From NCBI GenBank assembly GCA_965216785.1, contig OZ244197.1, positions 32,001 to 96,000 on the forward strand: 64,000 nucleotides of DNA, given 5' to 3'. Every line of letters begins with the position of its first letter. The stretch's first letter is position 1. A model generated the notes under the pieces. That model was not told the origin of the DNA. It saw only the letters and a list, made by a program, of their open reading frames with translations, and ran no database searches. Source of the DNA: Thermodesulfobacteriota bacterium. Lineage in GTDB: Bacteria; Desulfobacterota_D; UBA1144; Nemesobacterales; UBA2774. Both the position numbers and the translations under genes were made by a program. Shown here one piece after another: positions 30,710-42,897 of the stretch.

Positions 30710-32511
30710 GCTCCAATAACGGCCAACCCGTACTCGAAGATATAAGCGTGATCGTAGCCGGACAGGGAGGTGACGGTTCACTTACAGTTATTACAATGCT
30801 TGCAGACCTGTTCCGGAACAGCGGGCTTAACGTATACACGGAAAGAGACGTGCTCTCGCGTATCCGCGGCGGACACGCGGCGGCAACGATGAGAGCGTTT
30901 ACCGGCCACCGCTACTGCATAGGGAGCAAGATCACTCTCCTAGTGGCGCTTGACGAAGAAGCGGTAACGAAAAATGCGCGTCATCTGGACTCTGACAGTG
31001 TGATAGTGTTCGATGACTCAAGCGGCCCTCTACCCGACGGATTATTACCCAAGGGCGCCAAGCTCTATGCGGCCCCTTTCAATAGAATCGCTATGCGTAC
31101 GATGAGACGCGAGTTATACAAAAACAGTATCGCTTTCGGAATGGTGGGGCGTCTGCTAGGACTTGAAGACGAGCACATGCGCGAGACTTTCGTAAAGCGC
31201 TTTGAAAGACGTGGGCAGGTAATTTTAGACTATAACTTAGAAGCACTCGGCCTTGGACTGCACATGGCGGACGAGCTGGATATTAAGGAAGGACACGGAC
31301 TTTATAGAATAGAGCGCACGGACCCTGAGGAGCACCTCTTAATAATGGGGAACGAATCCGTGGCTTTCGGATTCATGGCCGCAGGCGGAAGATTCTTCAC
31401 CGGCTATCCGATAACGCCCTCTACAGAGGTGCTTGAGACGCTGCAGAAATGGCTGCCAAAGTGCGGGGGAGTGGTAAGACAGACTGAGGATGAGCTTGCT
31501 GGCATAAATATGGCCATAGGCGCTGCGCTCACAGGCGCAAGGACTATGACCGCCACATCAGGACCCGGGTTTTCACTCATGCAGGAAGGAGTGGGACATG
31601 CCGGCTCTGCTGAAGTACCTATTGTCGTTGTGGACTGTCAGCGCTCGGGACCGAGCACCGGAATGCCTACAAGACCGGAGCAGAGCGATCTGAACCTTAT
31701 GATTTTTGGAGGTCACGGTGATTTCCCGAGATTCGTTCTAGCCCCGGGACACCCGGAGGACTGTTTTTATCTCACTGTAGACGCTACAAACCTGGCAGAT
31801 AAATATCAGCTGCCCGTGTTCATAGCAATGGACCAGGCGCTTTCACAGAACATTGCAACCGTAAAGCCCTTCGACCTGGACGAAATAACTGTTACACTAG
31901 GGAAGAGACTTAGCGCGGAGGATGTTGCAAAACTGGATACTTATAAACGCTACAGTTTCTCTGAGGACAATATCTCGGCGTTCGCCGCACCGGGAACACC
32001 GGGTGGAATGTCGCTTGTGACCGGAAACGAGCACGATGAGTTCGGCCTCGTATCAACAGACCCCGATAACCGTTTGCGTATGATGGATAAACGAATGAAT
32101 AAGATGGAAGACGCCAAAAAAGACCTTCCCAAAGGAAGGCTTTACGGGGATCAGGAATCTAAAATCGGGTTTATAGGCATAGGAATGATGTACGGCGTCA
32201 TTTTAGAAGCCATGGAGAGGCTCGAACAAGAAGGAATCCACACAAAATATTTACAGCCAAGAACAATATGGCCTATGCTGGATGAGACAATAGATTTTAT
32301 AAACGACTGTGACCGCGTATATGTAATCGACTTAAACGCCGGGGCTCAGCTGGCGCGTCTATTTATGCACCAGGGAGCTGAGAAGAATAAGATAATAAGC
32401 ATTACCAGATACGACGGGCTGCCTTACAGACCTGGTATACTGGTTAAACAGATACTTGAAGAAGAAGCTAAACTCTTAAACGGCCAAGGTAAGGAGGCAA
32501 AGCTGTTATGA
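30706..32511 (+). CDS. 2-oxoacid:acceptor oxidoreductase alpha subunit (gamma-alpha fusion)
   Basis: GQGGDG, SRIRGG, YPITPS, EDE, TSGPG, QRSGPSTGMPT; start overlaps the FrhB stop. Confidence 0.92.
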   Translation: MSSNNGQPVLEDISVIVAGQGGDGSLTVITMLADLFRNSGLNVYTERDVLSRIRGGHAAATMRAFTGHRYCIGSKITLLVALDEEAVTKNARHLDSDSVIVFDDSSGPLPDGLLPKGAKLYAAPFNRIAMRTMRRELYKNSIAFGMVGRLLGLEDEHMRETFVKRFERRGQVILDYNLEALGLGLHMADELDIKEGHGLYRIERTDPEEHLLIMGNESVAFGFMAAGGRFFTGYPITPSTEVLETLQKWLPKCGGVVRQTEDELAGINMAIGAALTGARTMTATSGPGFSLMQEGVGHAGSAEVPIVVVDCQRSGPSTGMPTRPEQSDLNLMIFGGHGDFPRFVLAPGHPEDCFYLTVDATNLADKYQLPVFIAMDQALSQNIATVKPFDLDEITVTLGKRLSAEDVAKLDTYKRYSFSEDNISAFAAPGTPGGMSLVTGNEHDEFGLVSTDPDNRLRMMDKRMNKMEDAKKDLPKGRLYGDQESKIGFIGIGMMYGVILEAMERLEQEGIHTKYLQPRTIWPMLDETIDFINDCDRVYVIDLNAGAQLARLFMHQGAEKNKIISITRYDGLPYRPGILVKQILEEEAKLLNGQGKEAKLL

Positions 32512-33386
32512 CCACAGAGCCCAAGACTAAAACCTTTACACCCGCAAGACCTATATGGTGCGCTGGATGCGGAGACTTCGCTGTACAGGGAGTGCTTGAG
32601 AAATCACTCAAGAACATGGGTATACCGCCTCATAAATTTATGTTCCTGGCCGGTATAGGCTGTTCAGGCACTATCCAGAATAACGTTAAGTGCTACGGCT
32701 ACCACGCGCTCCACGGAAGGGTATTGCCCGCTTCGATCGGAGCAAAGCTCGCAAACCCAGATTTAACCGTTGTTGCCGCGGGCGGGGACGGAGACGGATT
32801 CGCGATAGGCGCAGGCCACCTGGTTCATACGTTTAAGAGTAACCCCAGCATTACATATATAGTGATGAATAACAGCAATTACGGCCTCACAAAGGGCCAG
32901 GCTTCACCTACAAGCCCCACAGGGTACAGAGACAACCCGGAAACGGGACTGGACTCGATACTTCTGGGTCTAAGTTTTCCCTCAACGACATTTTTAGCGC
33001 GCGGTTTCAGCGGCAACGCCGCTCAGCTGGAGAGCCTTATGATGGCGGCGCTCGAGCACACGGAGGCGGGAAGAGGGTTTGCTTTCCTCGAAGTGCTCTC
33101 CCCATGCGTCACCTATTACGACACGCACAGGGAATGGCGCGCCAAGGTATATAACATAAACGAGGAAGAGGGATTTGACACTTCGGACAGGGCCAATGCT
33201 TTCAAGAGAGTTCTGGAGCTTAAAGAGGAAAAACGCATCCCTATAGGTCTTATTTACAAAGGCGAGAACACTTCGCTAGAGAAGCTTATAGTGAACGAAA
33301 ATGAAACCTACCCGGCTTTGCAGGAGATCGGCCACACGGATCATAGAGCCGAGTATGATAAGTTCATAAAGGCTTATCTGGGATAA
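32508..33386 (+). CDS. 2-oxoacid:acceptor oxidoreductase beta subunit (TPP-binding)
   Basis: WCAGCGDF, GIGCS, HGR, GDGD...NN..YGLTKGQ, SPCVT. Confidence 0.92.
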   Translation: MTTEPKTKTFTPARPIWCAGCGDFAVQGVLEKSLKNMGIPPHKFMFLAGIGCSGTIQNNVKCYGYHALHGRVLPASIGAKLANPDLTVVAAGGDGDGFAIGAGHLVHTFKSNPSITYIVMNNSNYGLTKGQASPTSPTGYRDNPETGLDSILLGLSFPSTTFLARGFSGNAAQLESLMMAALEHTEAGRGFAFLEVLSPCVTYYDTHREWRAKVYNINEEEGFDTSDRANAFKRVLELKEEKRIPIGLIYKGENTSLEKLIVNENETYPALQEIGHTDHRAEYDKFIKAYLG

Positions 33387-33705
33387 CTAATCGGCTACAC
33401 TGCCCTTTATTCAATTTTTAGGAAATCCCAGGGTGTTTTTGTACCTAATTCACTCTTTTCCTAGACAAAATCCTAGTTGAATCTATAATGTCTAGTACCG
33501 TATCGGAAATGTGTATTTCAGCGTGAAATCCATAACGTTCGATTCGTCCAAAGATTTTGTTATTACAATAGGAAATATGGGGATTTTACGGGCCGTTTGA
33601 GATTGCGGGTCATATATTCTTATGCTAAAATTATAAGCGAAAATTGATGGATAAATATATCTCTCCCCAAAAAGCAACTCATAGTAATTCAACAGGATTA
33701 AAAAT

Positions 33706-36519
33706 ATGAATATTACCGATATGTTTCACGGACCTAACTCGGGCTATATACTCGAGCTTTACGACCGTTATCTGGAAGACCCAAGCTCCGTAGACTCGGA
33801 AACAAGAGCGATTTTCGATAACTGGAAGCCCGAATCCGAAGACGGAGCGCACGTAGAAGCCCGTCCGCAGGACATGGAGAAAATTGTGGGCGCGGCTAAC
33901 CTTGCCCTGGCAATCAGGGCATTTGGTCATCTGGACGCTAAAATCAATCCTCTGGGAATCAAATGCTCAGGAGACCCCTCGCTTGACCCCGCGACACACA
34001 AAATAACGGAAGAGGACCTTTTTCAGCTGCCTTCAAGCCTGATCGGAGGCCCGATAGCAGAAACCACGACCAACGCTGCGGAGGCGATAGATAAGCTCCG
34101 CTCTGTATACTCGTCATCAGTGGGCTATGACTATTACCACCTGCACTCTATTGAAGAAAGAAGGTGGTTAAGACATGCGGCGGAATCTGGGACATTCAGA
34201 CCCCCTAATGATCCTATTAATGAGAAGAGACTCCTCGAGAGCCTTACTCAGACAGAGGTACTTGAGAGGTTCCTTCATAGAATATTCCCCGGAAAATTCC
34301 GTTTTTCCATAGAAGGCGTGGACACTCTGATCCCTATGTTTAACGAGATCGTGGGTCTGGCCGCAGAGTCTGACATCTATCATATTCTTATAGGGATGGC
34401 TCACCGCGGACGCCTGAACGTCATGCACCACGTCATGAACAAACCCTACAAGGGGACACTGATTAAGTTCAAAGACCCTGTGCTTCAGAGAGACTTCAGG
34501 GACTATATGGGCTGGACAGGTGACGTAAAGTACCACGAAGGAGCGAGGCACGCTATTAAAAAAGGCAGGCCGATCGACATGGAAATCACGCTTGCCCCGA
34601 ACCCCAGCCATCTTGAGTCGGTAAACCCGGTAGTAGAAGGTATGACGCGCGCGGCGGGAACGAAAGCGGATAGGCCCGGGGCGCCTGAGTTTGACCGCAC
34701 TGTCTCGATGCCAATAATCGTTCACGGCGACGCTGCGTTCCCGGGGCAGGGAATAGTGTCGGAGACACTTAATCTGTCTCGTCTTCCGGGATACAGCACT
34801 GGCGGGACAATACATATAATTACCAATAATCAGCTCGGTTATACCACACTGCCAAGGGACAGCAGAAGCACTCTTTACGCAAGCGATCTGGCAAAGGGGT
34901 TTGAGATACCGATAGTGCACGTAAACGCGGATGACCCTGAGGCATGCATCGAATCCTCGAGGCTCGCCTTCGCGTATGTAGAGGAATTTCACAAAGACTT
35001 TCTGATTGATCTGGTCGGCTACAGGCGGCACGGCCACAACGAGGCCGATGAGCCAGCTTTCACACAGCCAAAATTATACGAGATTGTAGATAAGCATCCT
35101 ACGGTTAGAGAGATCTGGTCAAACACCCTAATTGAAAGGGGCATTATAGATAGTGAAGAATCTGAAGAAATATTAAACAAATACAATGAGCAGATGCATA
35201 AAGACTTTGAATCGCTCGCGCCTGAAGACATACCAGAGGAGTCTCAGTCTGAGAGGCCGCCTGCGGGCGCGGCACAAAAGGTGAAGACATCTGTATCGGC
35301 AGGGGCGCTCAGGGAACTGAACCAATCGCTGCTTAAAGTACCGCCGGATTTTAAAATAAACCCCAAATTAAAGCGCGCAAGAGAACGCTGGGCGAATGCA
35401 CTCGAAGGCACAGATAGCAAGACAGTGGATTGGGCGATGGCAGAGCAGCTCGCGTTTGCCTCTATACTGGCTGACGGCACTCCGATACGGCTGACGGGGC
35501 AGGATTGCGAGCGCGGCACATTCAGTCACCGCCACGCTGTGCTTCATGACTTTATGAGCGGAGAGTCTTATAACCCTCTCCAAAATATCCCTCAGGCGAA
35601 AGCGGCTTTTGAAATCTACAACAGCCCGCTCACAGAGAACGCGTGCATCGGCTTTGAGTACGGCTACAACATACATAAGCCCGAATCACTCGTAATCTGG
35701 GAAGCTCAGTACGGTGATTTTATAAACGGCGCGCAGACTATCCTTGACGAATACCTGGTATCGGCAAGAGCCAAATGGGGCCAGACGCCTTCTCTTGTAC
35801 TACTTTTACCGCACGCATACGAGGGACAGGGCCCTGATCACTCATCAGGCAGAATGGGTAGGTTCTTAGATTCGGCTGCTGAAATAAATATGCGCGTTGC
35901 CAACTGCACGACTTCGGCTCAATACTTTCATTTACTTAGACGTCAGGCCGGAGTGCTGGATATAGACCCGCTTCCGCTGATTATTCTGACTCCCAAGAGC
36001 CTGCTTAGAAACTCATTAATATTCTCATCCTTGAAAGAGCTGACGCAAGGAACTTGGCAGCCGGTTATCGATGACGATATGGATGATAAACAGGCTAAAA
36101 AGGCCAAGCGTCTGATACTGTGTAGCGGAAAGGTATACTGGGACCTGGTATCGAGTGAATACTATGAGAAAAACAAGGGGGATATCGCGATTACCAGGGT
36201 GGAGCAACTCTATCCCATACCGACGGTCATGATTCGTAAGGTGTTTAGCAGATATCATAATCTTAAAGAAGTCGTATGGCTTCAGGAAGAGCCTGAAACG
36301 ATGGGGGCCTGGATGTTTATGTTCCCGTTCTTCAGAAAACTGATCGACGGCAGGTTTCCGCTGCACTACATGGGCAGGAAGCGTAACTCGAGCCCCGCTG
36401 AAGGGTCGCTGTCGATGCACAGAGTAAATCAGCAGGCTCTGGTCCAGCAAGCATTCATGCTGGACAAAGAACTGCCCAATCTGGATGAACTTGGTATTAC
36501 GTGGGTAAAAAATGTATAA
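33706..36519 (+). CDS. sucA: 2-oxoglutarate dehydrogenase E1
   Basis: [52 protein letters not shown]. Confidence 0.96.
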   Translation: MNITDMFHGPNSGYILELYDRYLEDPSSVDSETRAIFDNWKPESEDGAHVEARPQDMEKIVGAANLALAIRAFGHLDAKINPLGIKCSGDPSLDPATHKITEEDLFQLPSSLIGGPIAETTTNAAEAIDKLRSVYSSSVGYDYYHLHSIEERRWLRHAAESGTFRPPNDPINEKRLLESLTQTEVLERFLHRIFPGKFRFSIEGVDTLIPMFNEIVGLAAESDIYHILIGMAHRGRLNVMHHVMNKPYKGTLIKFKDPVLQRDFRDYMGWTGDVKYHEGARHAIKKGRPIDMEITLAPNPSHLESVNPVVEGMTRAAGTKADRPGAPEFDRTVSMPIIVHGDAAFPGQGIVSETLNLSRLPGYSTGGTIHIITNNQLGYTTLPRDSRSTLYASDLAKGFEIPIVHVNADDPEACIESSRLAFAYVEEFHKDFLIDLVGYRRHGHNEADEPAFTQPKLYEIVDKHPTVREIWSNTLIERGIIDSEESEEILNKYNEQMHKDFESLAPEDIPEESQSERPPAGAAQKVKTSVSAGALRELNQSLLKVPPDFKINPKLKRARERWANALEGTDSKTVDWAMAEQLAFASILADGTPIRLTGQDCERGTFSHRHAVLHDFMSGESYNPLQNIPQAKAAFEIYNSPLTENACIGFEYGYNIHKPESLVIWEAQYGDFINGAQTILDEYLVSARAKWGQTPSLVLLLPHAYEGQGPDHSSGRMGRFLDSAAEINMRVANCTTSAQYFHLLRRQAGVLDIDPLPLIILTPKSLLRNSLIFSSLKELTQGTWQPVIDDDMDDKQAKKAKRLILCSGKVYWDLVSSEYYEKNKGDIAITRVEQLYPIPTVMIRKVFSRYHNLKEVVWLQEEPETMGAWMFMFPFFRKLIDGRFPLHYMGRKRNSSPAEGSLSMHRVNQQALVQQAFMLDKELPNLDELGITWVKNV

Positions 36520-36536
36520 ATTATCGGAGAGAAAAC

Positions 36537-37805
36537 ATGTCGATTGATATTAAAGTTCCTGAGCTTGGAGAATCCGTAGTCGAGGCGACCGTAATCAGAT
36601 GGTTCAAGTCCGTAGGAGACCCCGTTAAAATAGGTGAGGCTCTCGTCGAGCTTGAAACCGAGAAGGCCAATTTTGAGGTTGCCGCTGAGAGACAGGGAGT
36701 ACTGACTGATATTGTTAAAGGGGATGATGAGGACGTTGAGGTCGGAGACGTAATCGGGGTGATGGAGGAAGGCGCCGCAGCACAAAGCGGTGCGGAAGCA
36801 AAGGCAGAAGCTCATGAAGCCGAGGAAGTTAAAATTGAGGTGAATGAGGAAATAGAAGAAGTTACCGAAAGCGAGAAAGTGACGCCGGTTGCAAGACGTA
36901 TAGCGGAAGAGCACGGAATCGATATAAACCTGGTAGCCGGAACCGGGCATGGAAACCGCGTGACTAAGGAAGATGTTGAAAACTTTATCGCAAATCAAGG
37001 GAAAGGGGAACCTCGGGCAGAGGAAGTGTCAAACGCCGAGCCGATACGTAAAGATGTAGCACCGATTCCGGCAGAGCAGGCCCCGCAGATCACATTAGGA
37101 AGAGACGTAAGGGAAGAGCGCATCAAGATGTCCCGCAGGCGCAGAACCATTGCGCGCCGCATGCTAGAGGCCAAGCAGACGACAGCCATGCTTACGACGT
37201 TTAACGAGATAGACATGGGCGCTGTGATGGAGCTGAGGAAGCGAAGAAAAGAAATATTTAAGGAAAAATACGGTGTTGGCCTCGGGCTTAATTCGTTTTT
37301 TGTTAAAGCCGCCATCGGAGCGCTGAAAGAGTTCCCTCAGATAAACGCAGAGATCGACGGCGACGACATGATTATTAAGCATTATTATGACATCGGGATA
37401 GCGATCGGAGCCTCTGAAGGGCTTGTCGTACCTGTGCTCAGAAACGCTGACAGTATGACGTTTGCCGCAATAGAAAAAGCTATTAAAGAGTTCGCTCAAA
37501 AATCTGAAGACAACACGCTGTCGCTGGAGGACATAATGGGCGGCACGTTTACCATCACTAACGGAGGCGTATTCGGCTCAATGATGAGCACGCCCATATT
37601 AAACCCTCCGCAGGTCGGGATATTGGGGCTCCATAAGATAGAGCCAAGACCGGTTGTAATTAACGGACAAATTGAAATTAGATCGATGATGTACGTTGCC
37701 CTCAGCTATGACCACAGGATAGTGGACGGACGAGAGGCGGTGCAGTTCCTGGTGAGGTTAAAGGAGCTTATCGAGGATCCGGAGTCGCTGCTTCTAGAAG
37801 GGTAA
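36537..37805 (+). CDS. sucB: Dihydrolipoyllysine-residue succinyltransferase E2
   Basis: Lipoyl motif ELETEKA, E3-binding domain, [17 protein letters not shown]. Confidence 0.95.
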   Translation: MSIDIKVPELGESVVEATVIRWFKSVGDPVKIGEALVELETEKANFEVAAERQGVLTDIVKGDDEDVEVGDVIGVMEEGAAAQSGAEAKAEAHEAEEVKIEVNEEIEEVTESEKVTPVARRIAEEHGIDINLVAGTGHGNRVTKEDVENFIANQGKGEPRAEEVSNAEPIRKDVAPIPAEQAPQITLGRDVREERIKMSRRRRTIARRMLEAKQTTAMLTTFNEIDMGAVMELRKRRKEIFKEKYGVGLGLNSFFVKAAIGALKEFPQINAEIDGDDMIIKHYYDIGIAIGASEGLVVPVLRNADSMTFAAIEKAIKEFAQKSEDNTLSLEDIMGGTFTITNGGVFGSMMSTPILNPPQVGILGLHKIEPRPVVINGQIEIRSMMYVALSYDHRIVDGREAVQFLVRLKELIEDPESLLLEG

Positions 37806-37824
37806 AACACTCTCGGACGCGGCT

Positions 37825-38541
37825 CTAGTTTTTAAAACCTACTTTGTTTTCTTCCCAATAGGGATCCGCGTACTTTTGAACCCCTAAACCAAGTAGATCG
37901 AGGAACCATATCTTAATATCGCTTGCTAGAACCCGGTAGATGCCGCCTTTGTTAAAACGTCTTGGCGAGGTTTTTACGGCTCTGCTCAAAAGCTCTAACT
38001 TCCCTTTATTCCTTAATATTCTGCAGAAGTGGGCTGACTCTAAAAGAGGTATACCGGGGTAACCCCCTACCCTGTTAAATACCTCAGCGCGTACGAATAT
38101 ACCCTGGTCTCCGTAGTAGCGCTGCCTGACTCTGTAGCGCACGCGGTTTACAAGTTCGACCACGCGGAGTCCGAATTCAGAGCCGCTCAAAGAGAATTCA
38201 AACGCTCCGCCTATGGTAGCCGCATCGCTAAGAGATTTCTCGATCAGGAGATCATACGCGGGAGGAAGGATGGTGTCGGCGTCCAGAAACAAATACACAT
38301 CTCCGCTAGCAATGGAAGCGCCTTTATTCAGTACATGTGACTTTCCCGAGTTATTATCATCACATTTGACGAGCTTTGCTCCTAAACTCTTTGCAATCTC
38401 GGGCGTCCCGTCCCAAGAACCTGAGTCCACGACTATGAGCTCATAAATATTTTTTGAGTATGCGTTTTCTTTTGCCTTGAGAATGGTGTCGGGTAGGTAA
38501 TCGGCTTCATTAAGAGTTGGGATTATTATGCTCAGCTTCAT
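37825..38541 (-). CDS. GT2 glycosyltransferase (TIGR04283-like)
   Basis: SIIIPTLNEA, LFLDADT, YGDQGIFV, TSPRRF. Confidence 0.8.
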   Translation of the reverse strand: MKLSIIIPTLNEADYLPDTILKAKENAYSKNIYELIVVDSGSWDGTPEIAKSLGAKLVKCDDNNSGKSHVLNKGASIASGDVYLFLDADTILPPAYDLLIEKSLSDAATIGGAFEFSLSGSEFGLRVVELVNRVRYRVRQRYYGDQGIFVRAEVFNRVGGYPGIPLLESAHFCRILRNKGKLELLSRAVKTSPRRFNKGGIYRVLASDIKIWFLDLLGLGVQKYADPYWEENKVGFKN

Positions 38542-38656
38542 GGTCGTATCTGGAATCAATTGGGTTATCTAAAGTATAGATAAGTATTAGATGAGAAAGT
38601 AGGGATTTGTATTCAAAAAGCAAGAATTTCTCAGATACTAGCTAACAATTTGATAG

Positions 38657-41185
38657 TCATGAAATGGCCGGAAGATCGGCTACAGAACTGAATTTTCTGA
38701 GAACCTCTTCTAATAGGCCCGGGTATTCAGAGAGCTCGGGGTCGGCCCTGACAAGATCGAACGCTTCTTCTCTGGCCTCGCTTAAGATCCTAACATCTCT
38801 CAAGAGATTCGCGAACATGAACTGAGGTAGACCGGACTGCTTTGTGCCGAGGAAATCACCAGGGCCGCGTATTTGTAAATCGGCCTCAGCTATCTTAAAC
38901 CCGTCTGAGGTCTGCTCCATAATTGTAAGCCTCTTGTCGGCGTCCTCTGAGCGCTTGAAACCTGAAAGCAGAATACATATAGAATCGTGCTCTCCCCTTC
39001 CGATCCTGCCCCTTAGCTGATGGAGCTGGGTGAGACCGAAGCGCTCTGCGTTTTCTATAACCATTACGGCGGCGTTCGGAACATCGACCCCTACCTCAAT
39101 GACCGTTGTCGAGACAAGAATCTGTAAGTGGTTTGAGATGAATCTCTTCATTACGGCTTCTTTTTCCTCGGTCTTCATCCTGCCGTGGAGGAGCCCTACT
39201 TTGTACTCGGGGAAGACGTCATTACTTAACTCCTCCGCCATTTGAGTTGCGTATTTCAAATCTTTGAAATCAGGATTCTCGGACTCTTCAATCATTGGAT
39301 ACACAACGTAGGCCTGTCTTCCTTTCTGAATCTCCTTCCTTACGGTTTCATATGCTTTTTCACGCGAGCCTTTGTGATCATAGTAGAGTTTTGTTTTAAT
39401 TTTCTTTCGTCCCGGTGGGAGCTCGTCCAGGACCGAGACGTCGAGGTCGCCGTAAACCGTAAGGGCAAGTGTGCGCGGTATGGGTGTTGCCGTCATGACC
39501 AGCACATCGGGGTTTGTGCCCTTACTCATAAGCTCGGCCCTTTGCATTACACCAAAACGGTGCTGCTCGTCTATGACAACGAGCCCGAGGTTCTTGAAGT
39601 CCACTTTTTCCTGAAGGAGCGCGTGAGTGCCGACTGCTATCTGCGCTTCGCCCGACTGAAGAGCTTTGTAGTAGGTATTTTTCTCGCTCTTTCCGAGGCC
39701 GCTTTTGAGAAATACGACGCGCATACCCATAGCTTTTACATAGCTCAACACTGAGGCTAGATGCTGCTCCGCCAGGATTTCCGTCGGGGCCATGAACACT
39801 GCCTGGTAGCCGCACTCTACTGCCTTTAGTATAGATAGCACGGCAACTATTGTTTTACCGCTGCCGACATCGCCCTGAAGGAGCCTGTTCATTGGTGTCT
39901 CAGAGCGCATGTCGTTTTCTATCTCGGAAACTGCTCTTTTCTGAGCCTCCGTGAGATCGAATGTGAGGCGGGTGAGGAGTTTTGATGTAAGCTTTCCCGT
40001 GGGTGAAAAGGTTATCCCGGGAAGCCTTGCGACGTCACGTTTCTTGAGCGCAAGGCCAAGCTCCGTTAAAAAGAACTCGGAGTAGGCAAGCGTCTTATGC
40101 GGCTGCGAAAGATAAACGGAGTCCGCATCTGCTAGGTCCACTACACGATCGCCCCGGGCCGGGAAATGGACCCTTTCAAGCGCGTTATCAAAAGGGAGAA
40201 GCGCTCTATTTTTGTTAACGTATTCGGGGAGACTGGATTTTAGCGCCGGGCTGTACGTGTCGACGACAAACTTCATGATACTTCTCATCCGTCTCTGCCC
40301 TATACCTTCGGTTAAAGGATATATGGGAACAATGCGGTTAAAATGGACGTTGTCGTGGTCTATATCCTCCCCTTTATCAATTACCTCTATATCCTCAGGT
40401 CTCGGGTGAACCACCTGAAGCGCGTCCCTGTATCCGAACGAGACCTCGCCGGTGAGTATTACGGAAGCCTCTTTCTTGTAGGCCGCCCTTAGATATTTCT
40501 CACTGAATTTAAACCATACGAGGGTAACCATCCCCGTACCGTCAGATACGACGACCTGATACATGGAGCCTCTTCTGGTGCGCACCCTGCCGGAGAGCAT
40601 TATCTCACCCATAAAAGTCTCACGCTCTCCGGCTACTAGCTTTGAGATGCTCTTTACAGTAGTTCTGTCCTCGTACTTTCTGGGGAAATAGTAGAGCGCG
40701 TTTTCGATATTCTCTATACCCTTTTTCTTTAGAAGCGATGCTATTCTGGGCCCTACCCCCTTTACGTACTGTATGGAGATTTCAGACAAATCATCACCCT
40801 TTGACACAGTTTCATTGCTAATACGCTCTGGGGTTTTAGAATTACGAGAAGGTTCTTTTTTCTCCGTGGGTTTTGGCGTTCCTGCCTCTTTGGCCACATC
40901 TTGCGCCGCCTCGCGCATCATTGCCCGCACATCGTGAAGAGCTCTTTTAATTAGCTCTTTTTTATCAGGCTCTGAAAGCCCGTCATAACCTGAAAATGAA
41001 TCTTTAAGGGACTGGAGGACTGATATGGTCTTTTGGGATAACGGAAGTGAGAGCGCTTTTAGTGTGAGATCGTCTACGAGCCCCGACAGCGACTTTACTT
41101 TATCTATATTTGAATAATTGTTCTTTGAGATAAATGTAAGCGGTTTCTCTAGCGTAGTTAATATTGCTCTTAGCTCATCTGACAT
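38657..41185 (-). CDS. recG: ATP-dependent DNA helicase RecG (N-terminally extended)
   Basis: RLLQGDVGSGKT, IDEQHRFG, MTATPIPRTL, QLHQLRGRIGRG, GPGDFLG.KQSG. Confidence 0.96.
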   Translation of the reverse strand: MSDELRAILTTLEKPLTFISKNNYSNIDKVKSLSGLVDDLTLKALSLPLSQKTISVLQSLKDSFSGYDGLSEPDKKELIKRALHDVRAMMREAAQDVAKEAGTPKPTEKKEPSRNSKTPERISNETVSKGDDLSEISIQYVKGVGPRIASLLKKKGIENIENALYYFPRKYEDRTTVKSISKLVAGERETFMGEIMLSGRVRTRRGSMYQVVVSDGTGMVTLVWFKFSEKYLRAAYKKEASVILTGEVSFGYRDALQVVHPRPEDIEVIDKGEDIDHDNVHFNRIVPIYPLTEGIGQRRMRSIMKFVVDTYSPALKSSLPEYVNKNRALLPFDNALERVHFPARGDRVVDLADADSVYLSQPHKTLAYSEFFLTELGLALKKRDVARLPGITFSPTGKLTSKLLTRLTFDLTEAQKRAVSEIENDMRSETPMNRLLQGDVGSGKTIVAVLSILKAVECGYQAVFMAPTEILAEQHLASVLSYVKAMGMRVVFLKSGLGKSEKNTYYKALQSGEAQIAVGTHALLQEKVDFKNLGLVVIDEQHRFGVMQRAELMSKGTNPDVLVMTATPIPRTLALTVYGDLDVSVLDELPPGRKKIKTKLYYDHKGSREKAYETVRKEIQKGRQAYVVYPMIEESENPDFKDLKYATQMAEELSNDVFPEYKVGLLHGRMKTEEKEAVMKRFISNHLQILVSTTVIEVGVDVPNAAVMVIENAERFGLTQLHQLRGRIGRGEHDSICILLSGFKRSEDADKRLTIMEQTSDGFKIAEADLQIRGPGDFLGTKQSGLPQFMFANLLRDVRILSEAREEAFDLVRADPELSEYPGLLEEVLRKFSSVADLPAIS

Positions 41186-41275
41186 TGATAAGATTTTACA
41201 GTGACTTATGAATCTATTTCAAGTTTTGGAGCAGGGAAGTCTTAATCTATTGCTATGAAAAGATACACGAGTAGC

Positions 41276-41291
41276 TGTGTAATATTGCACA
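41276..41291. promoter_or_regulatory. Palindromic UAS candidate TGTGTAATATTGCACA
   Basis: TGTG-N8-CACA, 85 bp upstream of a sigma54 box; matching motif at 42726. Confidence 0.5.
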
Positions 41292-41376
41292 ACTCTTGAG
41301 CTTTGGAGTCTCCTTTGTGCAAACACTGATTATCTAAGCTGCTGTGATTACAACAAATATTGAAATTTCATATAAG

Positions 41377-41392
41377 TGGCATATATATTGCA
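41377..41392 (+). promoter_or_regulatory. sigma54 -24/-12 promoter (sigma-factor gene)
   Basis: TGGCATATATATTGCA fits TGGCAC-N5-TTGCW. Confidence 0.7.
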
Positions 41393-41506
41393 AATTTTAA
41401 GATAAAAACCGGATTAGGTAGGATGGCGGAGGATATTTACAGACTTAATAATTGTCCGCTCGGGGTTTATTCACACCAATTTATATCTAAATAAAGGAGA
41501 GTGACA

Positions 41507-42649
41507 ATGAAATATCAAGAAGCTCAGACAGCTCAGAACGAAAGCCCTTCCTTTAGTGATACATATGATAAATCCGCGGACAGTGTGGGCAATGAGAGGG
41601 AGCAGTTCTTCAATGTCCAAAATAGCGAAAGCGATTCGATAAAAGAAAACCACTCTGTACTGCGCCCACAGGAAAATAGAGCCCATACGGACGACCAATT
41701 CAGAATAATGAACGATTACTTTAGTGATATAGCCAATGAACCCTTACTTACCCTGAGAGAAGAAATAGAGCTTCCGACAAAGATTAAAAAATGCGAATCT
41801 AAAGCAAAACAGATAGAGTCGTGGCTCGAATCAGAGGAGCAAAGCAAACAAAATGAGAGGGGCTGTCAATGCTTAATAAAAAACACTCAGAGATTACAAG
41901 CCTCACATAGAGCGTACACAGAAAGATCCAAACAGCTTAAGAAGAGATTTGCTAACGCTAACCTGAGGCTGGTCATAAGTATAGCGAAGCGATACGTGAA
42001 TCATGGCCTTCCTTTTCTAGACCTCATACAGGAAGGAAATATAGGGCTTATGAGGGCTATAGACCGATTTGATCATACAAAGGGATACAGATTCTCGACC
42101 TATGCTTCCTGGTGGATATACCAGTCTATTACAAGGGCGATATTGGTGCATAGAGGAGCAGTTAGGGTCCCCGTATACCTGCTTGAGGTAACGAACAGAG
42201 TCTACAGAACGAGATCAATCCTACTTAAAGAAACCGGAAAGAACCCCACTTCTGAAGAGATAGCGGAGCAGTCCGGTGTGCCGATTAAGTATGTTAAGCG
42301 AATACTTAAAATTACAAATGAATCAGTTAGCCTGGACTCGCCTATTGACGGTGAAAAGAGAACGCTCTACGATTTCATAGAGAACAGCGATTCGATTTCC
42401 CCTGACTATATTATCGTTGAGGATGAGCTCAAAAAAAGCATACGTCATTCCCTGTCGCTACTGAGCCCTAAAGAAGAAGAGGTACTTAGAATGCGGTTCG
42501 GAATAGACAGGAAAGATACCGTGACACTGGATGACATAGGCAAAAAATTTCAACTTACGCGAGAACGAATCAGGCAGATTGAGAAAAAGGCTCTAAGGAA
42601 ACTATCTGTTTGCAAGATGAGGGAAGCTCTTAAAAACTTCCGCACATAG
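41507..42649 (+). CDS. Alternative sigma70 factor (RpoD/RpoS-like, no region 1.1)
   Basis: [45 protein letters not shown]. Confidence 0.9.
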   Translation: MKYQEAQTAQNESPSFSDTYDKSADSVGNEREQFFNVQNSESDSIKENHSVLRPQENRAHTDDQFRIMNDYFSDIANEPLLTLREEIELPTKIKKCESKAKQIESWLESEEQSKQNERGCQCLIKNTQRLQASHRAYTERSKQLKKRFANANLRLVISIAKRYVNHGLPFLDLIQEGNIGLMRAIDRFDHTKGYRFSTYASWWIYQSITRAILVHRGAVRVPVYLLEVTNRVYRTRSILLKETGKNPTSEEIAEQSGVPIKYVKRILKITNESVSLDSPIDGEKRTLYDFIENSDSISPDYIIVEDELKKSIRHSLSLLSPKEEEVLRMRFGIDRKDTVTLDDIGKKFQLTRERIRQIEKKALRKLSVCKMREALKNFRT

Positions 42650-42725
42650 AGCTATTTGATAAGAAATCTGGAAATAATAGCAACTTTGTTTAATTTGCTA
42701 CTGCTTTAAATAACACTACTTCACT

Positions 42726-42841
42726 TGTGTGATTTGACACATTTGAGTGAATCTTATATAATGTTTTTTCACAATACCTGCACTAAGCAATTGATATTAT
42801 TATATATTGCAAAATAACAGTGTCTTGGTACGGAAATTGCT
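42726..42841 (+). promoter_or_regulatory. sigma54 promoter with UAS and IHF site
   Basis: TGTGTGATTTGACACA (42726-41); IHF consensus TATCAATTGCTTA on minus strand (42784-96); TGGTACGGAAATTGCT (42826-41). Confidence 0.7.
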
Positions 42842-42897
42842 CTAATCAATAATGCCGGCCATAGGTGGCAGGCAAATCAATCCAGGAGGGTTACATT

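Noticed and set aside
34168-35037. Long antisense ORFs (289 aa here; also 29996-30781, 36429-36998, 44173-44769)
   Set aside because: They lie opposite well-conserved genes and have no recognisable motifs; likely shadow ORFs
37825-38541. Arsenosugar or selenosugar biosynthesis cluster
   Set aside because: Only the GT2 is present; no radical SAM, methyltransferase or partner genes are adjacent
41507-42649. Primary sigma factor rpoD
   Set aside because: No region 1.1, divergent region 2.4 (YQSITRAI), no dnaG context, and preceded by a sigma54 promoter
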